This document shows, piece by piece, positions 28,745 through 40,316 of a DNA stretch of 64,000 nucleotides (the first letter of the stretch is position 1; every line of letters begins with the position of its first letter). Where the stretch lies: the NCBI GenBank assembly GCA_051362555.1, contig CM120640.1, positions 22,303,725-22,367,724 of the forward strand, given 5' to 3'. Made by a program: the position numbers and the translations under genes. The notes under the pieces were generated by a model. It was not told the DNA's origin and searched no databases. It worked only from the letters and a program-made list of their open reading frames with translations. This DNA is from Lingula anatina. Taxonomy: Eukaryota > Animalia > Brachiopoda.

Positions 28745-29490
28745 ACCAAGTGGTCATCTTGGGATGGTTGAGTTATCCCTGAACTGCTTAGTGGCCAATT
28801 GGGGAGTTAGGGCTATTGGACATATTACCACTTTGATCCTTGGTAGAGTGGTAACCTATATAGAAACAAATTGTACATTTTTGTGTCATTGCAATAAGCC
28901 CTTTATTTACAATGAAAGTTGGATACATGTTTGTAATGTGAAAGAAAGACCTATTGTATTTTAACAGAAACTCTCCTTTTGTAATTTCATTTTTCCTTGG
29001 TTTTGAGAAAACATTTTTGTAGGATTGTGCAAACTGAGGAATGTCAGTTGACAATGTTATATGTTTTTAATAAAGGATTTTATACTTTGTACCTGAGCTG
29101 TTTTGATTACATGAAAATTTCTGATTTTCATTTTTAAATTTAATTTAATTTAAAAATAAAAAGCAATTCGTGCTATGGTGATGTTACATATTTATTTACT
29201 TCTTCCTACAGAATGTCAGCACCAAGAACGGCATTATGAAAGGTGTTGTTATTTTAAAGGCGAAAAATTGGAGAAAACCATTTAGTGAGATTTTATATGG
29301 TGAGCAATGTGAGAATAACAAACTAACCCTTATTACCACCACCATACATGGACATAACTAGACAGCAAAGCTGACAAATATACAGACACAATAAAGGAGA
29401 CAAGGCAGCAAAGCTGACAAATATTCAGACATTCAGATGCAGAAAAGAGTGCACCAAATAATGTTTTGGCCAATTTTGATGCACTAATAG

Positions 29491-31548
29491 CAGTGTTCAT
29501 TCTAGGACGCGCCCTTGCGTCATTGACGCAGAAAAAATGTGGTTGACGCAATTCGTAGAGCGAGCTGCGCCAACAAAATTCAAGAGAATTAACAGCGGCG
29601 CATTTTTGTGTTCTAAACGCGCCCTCCAATTCAGCAAATTCACGGCCGAAGTTTGATTGTTTACTCGACTTCTCTTGACATCAAGATCTAATGTTAAACG
29701 TAACGAAGATATTCTTTACTCGTCGCAGTTTTAACAAAGATCTTAATTTATGTTGACGTCATGCGCTTTATGCAAATCAGTGGCGATCGCCCCTCCTTTT
29801 TTGAATCCCTGATAGGCTGAGATTAATTGTCCATGTAGGTCAATTTGATCAACCCGTACATTGTGCATGGTGGCGGAGAAGAAGTGAAATGGTATTTTAG
29901 TTTTTAAAAGAAAATCGATCCCGAAGATCACTCTAAAACGGCTCAGAACAGTAGCGACGGAGATGATCATGCACAGCAGACATTCCCACCAGAAAAGAGA
30001 ACAAAAGTTTGTGCAGCCGTCACGACCGCTGATACCGCGTCGAATAGCAAGGTCGTTTCAAAAATGGTGGAGAAATACAAGTGGCTTGTACACGACGATA
30101 ACGCAAACTTGGTGTATTGCAGCTTATGCATTGAAAAAAAGGACAATATCTTCTTTCAAGGGACTAATAAATTTCGAACGAATACCCTTATGCGACATGA
30201 GACGTGCGCTGCCATGCAAGAAACGTCGGAAGCAGCTCAAGCTAAACAGGCTTTTTGCAGAGCTTTAGAAGGTAAGATATTATTTTTTGTCAATATTTTT
30301 TATAACACAGAGCAATAAACATCAAAGTGATTATCGTGACGGTCCCGGACCCACGTGTTGTAATTATATTTGTGCAGTTTGAGGAACTCTTGACAGTGCA
30401 TTCTGGGATATCGCAATGTTAAACAACTATGTAAACAATGTGTTTGCTGCGTCGCATTGACATAGGGCGTCAAGCTCATGCTATTTCCCAGAACCTTATT
30501 TTTTGTATATATAGGTAAAATTTTTCACATTCATTTTTCATAATTTTATTGTGTTGAGAGATTTGGTCTCAGTTCATGGTGATTAAGGGAAAAATAAAGT
30601 AAGGGATAGTGTGCTGGAGTATTCTTTGTGGATACCTTCAACACTACTAAACATTTTATGCAGATTTTTATGCCAAAATTCAAATTTAATTGTAACTTTT
30701 ATAACAATTCTAGGTAAAGATGGAGCAATCATGGCAGTGGTGAAATCGGTTTACTGGATTGTTTAAGAGGGCATTGCAATTCACAAGTTCGGAAGGACTT
30801 AAATGTTGTCTGGTAAACCTGGCAGCTAAATTGAAGAATTTCTCCTGAAAGTGGGGAAAAGGTCATTGTCAATTCTCCAGGGACCACCTTGTGACTTGTG
30901 CTAATTATGAGAAACAGTGCAAGGCAATACAGTGTCAATTCATTGACAATCTCATTAACAACATCAAAAAAGGAACAATTCTTAAAGTGATTTTTAGTAA
31001 GACCTATGTCTCTGCTGTCGAAATATGTGTGATATCATTCTCAATCTGGTAGCTTTTTATCAACGAATTATATATCATTATCAGGGATGAGACAATTAAT
31101 TTCATAAGTCATGAATGCATGCCAGTTAGTCAAGGATCATTGATAATGGGACAGGACAGAAGAGGTATAATTAAATGGATTTTTCATAAATTGAAGCCAA
31201 AAATGGGTTTAAAATGTCGTTATAGAAAGAACTTGGTTATTGGTGAATAAATCGTGAACATATTTTAGTGTTATCTTATACTTGTTAACAAAAATTGGAG
31301 CGTCAACTCAAGGGTTTTGTTTTAGAAAATTGGGATTACTTATTGAATGTGATCACCTATTAGTCAAAATATTTTTATAATAATTTTTTTTCATCTCTGA
31401 ACATAAATACCACAGCAGTAAAACAACATGCGTTACATATTATAATTTCAAGATTTGAACAAGGGCCCACTTTAAAATGTAATGGCCCACTTTTTTAAAT
31501 GTTGGGGGCCCTTTGTCCCACATTGAAACATTCCTAGAATGAACACTG
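29491..31548 (+). mobile_element. Degenerate, internally deleted hAT transposon (ZNF862/C17orf113-like TTF zinc-finger transposase remnant)
   Basis: Perfect 17-bp TIR CAGTGTTCATTCTAGGA / TCCTAGAATGAACACTG. The interior encodes RSFQKW..KYKWL...YCSLC...FFQGTNKFRTNTLMRHE (with a frameshift) and a second exon KSVYWIV*EGIAIHKF (with a stop). No clear TSD. Confidence 0.82.
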
Positions 31549-31631
31549 AATTACATAATAGTTAATAATTAAAATAGCATATCACTCTTACCCTCTTACA
31601 TTACGTACTACAGGTAACATGGATATTACAA

Positions 31632-32165
31632 AACTAGCAAGTAATTCAGTTTCATGGGCTATAAAAGCCACTGAAAATGCTAATGTGTGGAAAATAAAAT
31701 ATATAAAAAAAAATTCTTACTGTAAATGTAAACCAATCATGCCGATTTTCAAAAACAACCTGCTTCTTTACCACAAAACCACTCAGTAAATTTAATGTAA
31801 AAGGAAAATACAGTTTGGCAGTTGTAGGGTGAACATCACCAAAATTGTGGAAAAAAAAAAAAAACAGAATAAATAGTGTAAAAGTATACCGATCATACAG
31901 ATGAATGGCAACCTACCTCTTTACCAAACAAGGCCAATCCTTAAATTTAAAGTAAAACAAAAATATGATTTGGAGGTTATGGGGCGAATGTCACCAAAAT
32001 TGTGAAAAAAAAAAATGAATAATTCTTTACCAAACAAAGCAACTCGGTAAATTTAGTAAAAGTAAAACAAAAATACAGTTTGGCAGTTATGGGGCGAATG
32101 TCATGATGGACAGCAACAGACAAACAGAGCGAGCAGAATGTGTACAGACACTTAGTGTCTGTAAA
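31632..32165. mobile_element. Possible HINE/pearl-like non-autonomous Helentron-type element
   Basis: Three degenerate ~110-150-bp internal repeats (TCTTTACCAAAC...AGTTTGGCAGTTATGGGGCGAATGTCA), then a GACA-like stretch and a 3' palindrome TACAGACACTTAGTGTCTGTA. Confidence 0.5.
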
Positions 32166-33305
32166 TGAAAATGGTCAAAACATATGTATCATGTTTTTCA
32201 TATTGCTCTCAATAGTTATTTTAAATTTGAAATAAATAATTTTGTATAAAAATTGCGTAAGCAAAAATGCATCGAGTTTTGCAACAAATTTATACAATGA
32301 AAAAAAAATTGTCGAAGGCATGGTGTCTCTGTAAAAGTAAAAATATTTAAATTCTGCTGCTTCTTTTGATATTAGAATCTTAATTTTCAAACATAAAAAC
32401 TTGTAAAATACTTGGTTTGACTGCCACAAAAGTATCTTTTCTTTGAAAGAAGCTGAGCCACAAGTAACATTTCAAAAATCTGCTCATCTGGAATCAAATG
32501 CTAAATCAAAACAAATAATGTCAGTTTTCACAATTTAATCAGTTTGTCTTCATACTGTGTGAAATTAAAAAGAAAGTTTAAATAAATAGGCTGACATACT
32601 TTCCATCTTTACATGAAAGGGTATTTGTGAAACTTAAATACCAACCAAGTCATCTTACTGTTAAACAGTTTGATATGTCCCTGAATAGATAAACAATGTG
32701 GCTTGCAGTTATTTCTGAATAGATAAGTTAGGCATGAAACAATAACATACCACAATTCAACAAACAGATGAAACACCTGAGTGTCTTGATTTAGCATAGC
32801 TTATTAGGTCCATTTAGTGTCATATTCAAGCAAAGACATTTTAATACAATGAAAAAAATACATGCTCTGGAATATAAAAGATCTTACAGCTGATGGTTAA
32901 AATGCTGGTATGAAAAGAATGACAGTAGCTGCCAGAGTAGGGAGCAATCCCTGACTCACAACCATACATTATGAGAATTATAAAAAGGATTCCATGCCTA
33001 TCCATGGTTTTGTAACAACATGGTATTAATATAATATTAAAACCTCAAAATAGATAAAAAATTAAGTAAGGCATGGAAAATTCAACATCCACATCTTTGT
33101 TGTCTTCAAAATATTTTGGTAAATGAATAAATATCCTGTGGTCATTGTTGAGGCAATTTGTCACAATATGGCAGCCCTGCGTCATTGATGGATATGGGAA
33201 GAAAATAGTATAATAAGTAAAACATTGAGTGCAGAAGTTAACTCTTAGCCAGTCATGGTTATAAATGAAAGAAAAAGTCTATGAAGTGGTATGTTGAAGC
33301 AGTTA

Positions 33306-36300
33306 TCATGCCATATAAATAAACATATTGATGTTGTCTTCGTCCCTCTTCATATACTTGTGTTCAATAAGCCACTCTATTTGTTCTTTTATCATCTTCT
33401 TTGATGGCAAAAACATATTTTTAAGGATTTCAACCAGTTCAGTCTGAAGTGCTGCATTTGTTATTTTCTTTCTCATCTTCATGATTTTAACAATTGCTTC
33501 CTGAAAATAGAAAAGACAATCTCAACTAAACATGTCATAAATCTGAAAATTTTAATTCCGTCAACTTTATCTTAGTTTCTGGCACAATGCAATGTATACT
33601 TAAAGATTTCCAAGGAAAACTGAAGATTGACAGAAAATGAACATCAATGAATTGTTCTTACAACAGTCTGAAGACATTCACTAACCTGAACTCTGAGTAT
33701 TCTCAGCTGTACGATTCCTTCATTGTCCTCTTCTTTACTCTTCTCTGTAGACAGTTGCAGTCGACCAATAACATTGATTTTACCACGTTTTTGTACTTTG
33801 CCATTTTTTCTGAAAAAATGTTTGTACACACACAGTAGAATTGATACCATTAGCTGGGGTGTATACTGTGTCAAAAATTTAAAAGAGGCATGAAAATATT
33901 TTCACTTTTTTAAAAATATGCTTAGTTTCTGTGACATTTTGATGAGCATACAAACAAACTGCAAGTAAAAATACATATGTTGCAGTGTATTTAATGCATA
34001 GATAAGAGACTGCAAATTTTATTAAGAAATAATTTATGAAAGTACACTTACATAAGAGAGAATTGCTGGTTAACATGAAACAATGTGCTATCTCCGAAGT
34101 CTTTCGGAGATTTAGCCTCGGGTTCACATAATAGCACCTGTCTTTTTAACTTTGGAAATGCCACTAAAGACTGAAATATAATTTGTTTATGTTTGTAAAT
34201 GCAATTTTTTTATTTCTGTAAAACAAACGCACATGGGAAATTAACACAAGGATAGTGACTATTATACTTGATTCATGCCTAAATGAATTTTTAAGTTTCT
34301 AAAATATATTTTCGATCTCATATACATCATCAAATCTCATATACATAAAAATGCCATTAAAAAATAATAAATGGCATATAATAAGTACAGAAAAAGATTA
34401 TTTTTGATTTGCCTTACCCATAGTGTTCTCCTGAGTTCAGAGTCTGGAAGTTCAGTTGCTAGTTTCAAATTTTCATACGTAATCTTCTCCTTGGACCTCT
34501 GGTTCCAAGCAAATAGGACGGCCATTTGAAATGTGGTCACTTCCACATCAAATTTCCCTACTTCATTTGTAAATGTTATCTGGAACGAAGAATAAAATCA
34601 GTTTTTCTGCAATTGGAGACATCAGGTTCTAAAGCTCTGTGCAAGTGAATTAGTTTAAAACCACACTTATACAGGAATGTAAGAAAATCATGTTACATTT
34701 CATTACAGATTAATACTACAGTCCTGCTCATCTCTGATGCCACTTACAATGCCATTTGACATGAGATGATGCCATTGTAGTTTTCTTCCACTGTGTTTTA
34801 GTCTGTAAAATTCTTCCACTTCAGGTATATAGTCTTCTAGCTCCATGGGCAAGGACACAGAAACACGGTCACTACTCCTAGCCCAAGCACCAGCATTCAA
34901 TATCTTTATGTTTATAGATTCTGAAAGGAGCATTTTGAACCAAAGATAAGTACAAATATATAAATAATCACTGAATAAACTTAATTATATCTATGAGAAA
35001 TATTATTTCAGTTACCACAACAAACTGGATTACAACATACATTACTACATATACATCGATAAAATCTGAAAACTGCCACCACATACCTGCAATTCCTTCA
35101 TTGTTGTTTCTGTGAGCTTCTTTGAATTCAGTGTTTAAATCTTCACTGACTTTAATATCTTGGAACATCCTAGCTAGTTTATTTACATAATCAGCTGGCA
35201 TGCCAACTTCCTGAAATGTCAAAAGCAGGTTGATATGTTTGTTAATTTATGTACCAAAATCAATGGTTCATAGTACATTAAATGTATTCACATATAAAAT
35301 ACTCGAGATAGCAAAATTGTATCAGAATGTACTGTTTTCTATGTTAATATTTTCATGGAATTAACTAGAAAGCAAAGCATTTATGTCAAAAGGAGATACA
35401 ATAATTACCCTCAACCATTCCACCATGTTTTCTTCTTTCTCATTATCTGCGGAGGTGTCTAGGATCAACCTTCTTGTTAAATGAGCTTTATGGTATCTCA
35501 TGAAGACATCTTTGTTTTGTACATACTTTAAGACTAAAAGCTGCAAATAATACAAAATCAAATGGAAAAAAATGTACACCACCCTACTTCGTATATCATG
35601 ACTTTTAAAAAATGCCACTGTAAATTTTACCAACAACACACTAAGGAATGCTAAGAACAGTATGAGAAATGCCAAACTAGCAAAAGCAGTCTACAAGATG
35701 TTAACAGATCATACAGATATTTTTGTGGAGTTGATGAATATCAGAGAAGGAAGCAAAGAAACATACATATACAAAATACTTACTACATCTTTCAATTTCC
35801 TTTCTACCTCCTCTGAAGTGAGCTTTTTACTGAGAGGTGTTTTTCTTAACAACATATCACAGTAGTTTGCCAGCAGCTCTGGGCATTTTGATTCTGGTTG
35901 CGTTTTGGTGCCAACCCTAAATAATATCATGTAATAATAACATTACAGGAAAATCCATAGATGGTAGATGACTTAATTTAACAACAAACAATTAATAATA
36001 TTAACTACAAAAAGGTTAAAGCAAAAAATCCTGGTAAATTTCCTCAATGTAAATTTCTTACCCTTTGTTTTTCACTGGTAAGTCCAGTTTGAATATTTTG
36101 GTATCATTCACAACTTCCCTGTAGGCCTAGAATTAGATAATATAAACAAAATATAGTACACTAATACTTTTTCAATTTAGTATATCAACTGCAAAACAAT
36201 TTGACAATTAAAAACTCACAGGTAAGTCACAGTAGGGGAAAATCCCATTTTTAGGTAAGGATACTATTTTTTTACTTCTGACTGCTACTGAAAAGTTATT

Positions 36301-39300
36301 CGATTGAAATCTACCCTGAAATGAACTAATCCAAGTCTGTCATTCCACTTACTTTGTCTCTGGAAGTCAGGAATCTTGGATCATCTCCAAAGGCTTCACT
36401 AACAAGCTCACTAAACTTGTTAAACAAGGCAAGCAGTTGTTCAACATATTTTTCAGAGTCCTGAAAATAATGTCGAGAATGTCGATGAACATGTTTGCCA
36501 AGTAAGAACTTTTCATTTTTCCTTCATACCAATGATAGGGTAGTCTTTGTGAGTTTGGCTTTTTAAGTGGCAAAAATATGGATACTTTAAAGTTTAAAGC
36601 CAAAGTATGTTGCAAAGGAACCCTAAACAGTTTCTTACTGTGGTGATGGTGTCGGCAGCATCCATCATATCTGCCAGTCCAGCATTGATCACATGTTCCT
36701 CTAAGTAACATAACATTGGCTGGATACCATCTGGTACTCTGTCCATTAAACTGAACATCAAACGGAGTTCTGAAACACAGGAATGCATTAAGGTGTGACA
36801 TGTAAAATTATACCAATTTATATGTCTATTCCTCCTTTTCTTGTCTCTAAACCTTCAGGATAATAAATAAATATAATGCTTACTTTCTGTCTCATTTCTC
36901 TTTATCATCCCTGGTCCTTCTGCTAGTATGGTTTCTTTAAAAGCAGTCACTAGGGCATTTACACAGCATTCTGTCAACTGAAATGCAAATTGTTATATCT
37001 TTAATATACTTAAACATTATAGAATCATTTTAGGTTTCATTCATTACTTTCCAGTACAGATATTCAAAAGATATCCATGTGATATTAGTCTGCCCATGGT
37101 ATTCCATGGTCACTCAAATAAGGTTTATAAATAAGTTTACATAAATAAATGTTGTCAAAAATGCAGTTAATAGCAAAATATGCTGGTTAAAAACCAAAAG
37201 CATATTCTATTTTGTCCAACACATAACTGCAAGAACTCACTGCAGCTACAGAGTTGCAACCCTTCCTAGTTTCCAAGTATCTCTGTGCCCTTTGTTCTTC
37301 TTCCTTCAGTTTCATCTCTGCATATCTCATGTAATTCTGAACTCCATTGGCATCTAGATATTGTGGAGCCTTGGCTTTGTAGAAAGAAGCTGTTGCATCC
37401 AAATAGGCTCTTTCAAAATTGTCTCTGTATATTTTTAGTTTGTCTTCAGCATCTGAACTCAGGTTGACTAAAGGACAAAACAAAGAAAGATTTAACAAAA
37501 ATTAATACACATATTCCTAATAGTATTATACAATTAAACATTTGTATGGTAAGCCTCATAAATTTGATATACAGATGAAATCTTTTCAAAATGGAAGAAG
37601 CAAAAATGACAAAAGTTGAACTGTTTCTACTGATACTTTCTTCATATCAGTATAACAACAAAAATGATTCACGTAAAACAGTGTTTCAGAAAACAAAATT
37701 AAAGATGCATACAAAGTCAATTTTTTGTCACAAAAACCAACCAAATGCCAGCATATAGTTTCAAGTAGTATAACTAAGAGAATTACCAAAAGGCATTGTT
37801 TAATTTTACCCGAAAATGATGTTTGAACGGATTTTTCTGCTGGCATTTTAAGCTGTATGTCAATGGGGCAGGAAAACAGGTCACGAAAGTAGGTTATATT
37901 TACAACCAAAAATTTAAAGAAAGGAGCAGTCTAAAGGTCTTTCATGGCTGATCGAGTAATCTATTCAGTTTATCTCTTGGCATGTCGAATTTATTTGAGT
38001 CATATAAGAATCTAGTAGAAGTGGTTTACATGTGTTACTGGGAATCCACGCTCCATCGATGCTCGGTTCGTATGTACCTTTAAAAATTTAAAACAGTGAT
38101 AAAATAAATTAATGATTTAATAATGAACCAAATGTTGTAAGAATTCTATACTCTGTTCACACTTGTTACATGATTATTCTTATCTTACCATAAGATTCTC
38201 TGACTCCAATCACTAGCTGCGAGTCAAATGCCTCCCCATTTCTTTCTGCATGCACCAATTTCATAGCACTTCCCTGTAGCCTGTGTTTGATGTTGGAGAA
38301 AATGCTCTGGTTCCAACTATCTAACATTAACTGAAACATACAAATTTTACTTGCTTAGCTTTTCTGTGTATGGGAGGGAGGTAGTGTTCATCATGACATG
38401 AAAGCCTGCTTAATTTGATACAATTTCTTTTACAAGCAGAAATAAGAACAGGACCTACTTTTCTGACTATAGATTCTTCCCCTTGATTTTTTTTCTGTAT
38501 TGTGCTGTGTGGCTTCCCTGAGAGAGAACTCTCTAGCTGGCCAAAGGGCTTTGGAAGATAATCACATTGCGCAAAAAATTTACTCCATTCTGCTATGTAG
38601 GCTTTCAATAACGCAGAGTCCTCCTGATGTTGGAGTACCCTCTGAAAAGAAAAGCAATGTAATCAAGGCAAGGCCTAGAGCACTGTTTTGGTCACAAACA
38701 ATACACTAAAAAGTCCTTTTGCCTAAGGACTTGCTAGAACTTTCTGGTATTTTCTAGTTCGCGTCTTCTTAATCTGCACCATTTGAGTGTGTTTTGAGAT
38801 TAAGAAGACGCGAACTAGAAGATACCAGAAAGTTCTAGCAAGTCCTTTGGCAAAAGGACTTTTTAAGTATGGTCTATTTGTTCACGTGGCATTAATCTGC
38901 ATTACCATTCCATTTAACACTTGGAAAGTGTCAAAGAAAAAAAGCTGCTGTTCCCTACATTTATCATTTTATGAAGTACATAAATTCCAATTTCTATTGT
39001 CTTGCAATAGATTTTGGGGTCTTTTAAAATAAACCAAACCATAATGTTATGGTCTTAGAATTGAGATTAAACAAAATTTAAAATAATGTGTGTCTGACTG
39101 GATAAGTGAATGTTACTTACTGTCTGCGCCTGTTTAATGAACTCTAGAATATCTGTCTGCAATGCCTCATGTACCTTATTAGGTCCTTTGTCATCCCACA
39201 AACAAACTGAATGGACAGACCTACAGGTAAAAATTAAATTGAAACAGTTATTCTAATGTTGCAAATTAATATAATAACCCTGCTCTCTTTATCATATTGT

Positions 39301-40057
39301 ACCAATTAAAAATTAAAACCCTTATATTAAAACCAGCAATAGAAAAACCTTGAATAACATGATCAATCTATAAATTTCACCATGATATATACTTTTAAGC
39401 CACTAACCCGAATTCAATAATCTATATAGAAAATAGCCCTTACCAAAATAAATCTTGCCATTCTGCCCTTGTCACAGGTTCTTGTCTGAGCAGTTTGAGT
39501 ACAGTGGGGCGCATGGAAGGCCATTTATCCTCAAACTGCAGCTGACCTTGGCTCTGAATATAAAATAGTATTATATAAAATATATTAACATTAGTGAATT
39601 AATAATAATATAATGCTGAATTTAATGTGCTTGCAGTAAATATTAAAAATAAGTGTCACAGTTTTGAAGGATATATATATGTAATTATATGACTGAAAGG
39701 TAACACTGTTTAAACAATATGTATTGGCTATTATATAATTAATACAAACACTGTAATGACTGACACTGCTTTAAGAACGACGGCCTAATGAGATCAAAGC
39801 AAAATTGTTTTATATTTCACTTTGACTTGAATTACTAATAGTATTATCCCTCCTTCAGGCTTCACCAGTGATTAAGAAGCACTATAGTGGGGTCAACTCT
39901 ATAGACTTTTTTGTGTTAAGACCCCCACTGATACTGGAGATCACGTACAAATATACATAAGTACAGTAAATGACAGAAAACCTATGGAAATTTGTTCACA
40001 ACCTTCCCTGTACAGAGTTTGAGAAGAAACATTTTAACTTACCTTTAGCATAGCCAT
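33306..40057 (-). CDS. CUL5: Cullin-5, multi-exon, complete
   Basis: Exons read MAMLK/SQGQLQFEDKWPSMRPTVLKLLRQEPVTRAEWQDLFW, KTQPESKCPELLANYCDMLLRKTPLSKKLTSEE, KYVQNKDVFMRYHKAHLTRRLIL, HSGRKLQWHHLMSNG, RGKINVIGRLQLSTE and C-terminal ...NMFIYMA*. Introns checked are GT-AG. Confidence 0.97.
38707..38865. repeat. Near-perfect fold-back (~68-bp arms, ~23-nt loop) in a CUL5 intron; palindromic MITE
   Basis: TAAAAAGTCCTTTTGCCTAAGGACTTGCTAGAACTTTCTGGTAT...GCGTCTTCTTAATC is mirrored by GATTAAGAAGACGC...AGTCCTTTGGCAAAAGGACTTTTTA. Confidence 0.9.
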
Positions 40058-40316
40058 TTTCTTCCTGTGTTCTTTTCTAGTTCTCGCGAGATCACGTTGG
40101 TATTTTGGGGGAGATAGCAAGAAAACATCAAAATAAGGCAGCTTTTAGTTATTTTTTTCAGTTTAAGTCCCAAAACAGAGTCTTTTTTGGTTGGTAGTAT
40201 AAAATCAGTTACAACAATAAAGTTAAAACAGCTAGATATAGCATTTTCCCCTTTGCATCATTTTAGTATTCCTGAGTTTCTTCTCCCCGTGACCGTGTAC
40301 ATAATTCAGCATCAAA
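40058..40316. promoter_or_regulatory. Putative bidirectional promoter CUL5 / VBP1 with TCTCGCGAGA palindrome
   Basis: 259 bp lie between the divergent ATGs. TCTCGCGAGA is at 40082-40091 and CAAAATGGCGG at the VBP1 start. Confidence 0.75.

Noticed and set aside
28304-28964. Two identical 66-aa ORFs (MVELSLNC...)
   Set aside because: They lie in the duplicated POLR2F 3' UTR and have no recognisable domain.
36257-36264. GTATCCTT on the minus strand in a CUL5 intron
   Set aside because: Flanking exons join correctly through ordinary U2 sites.
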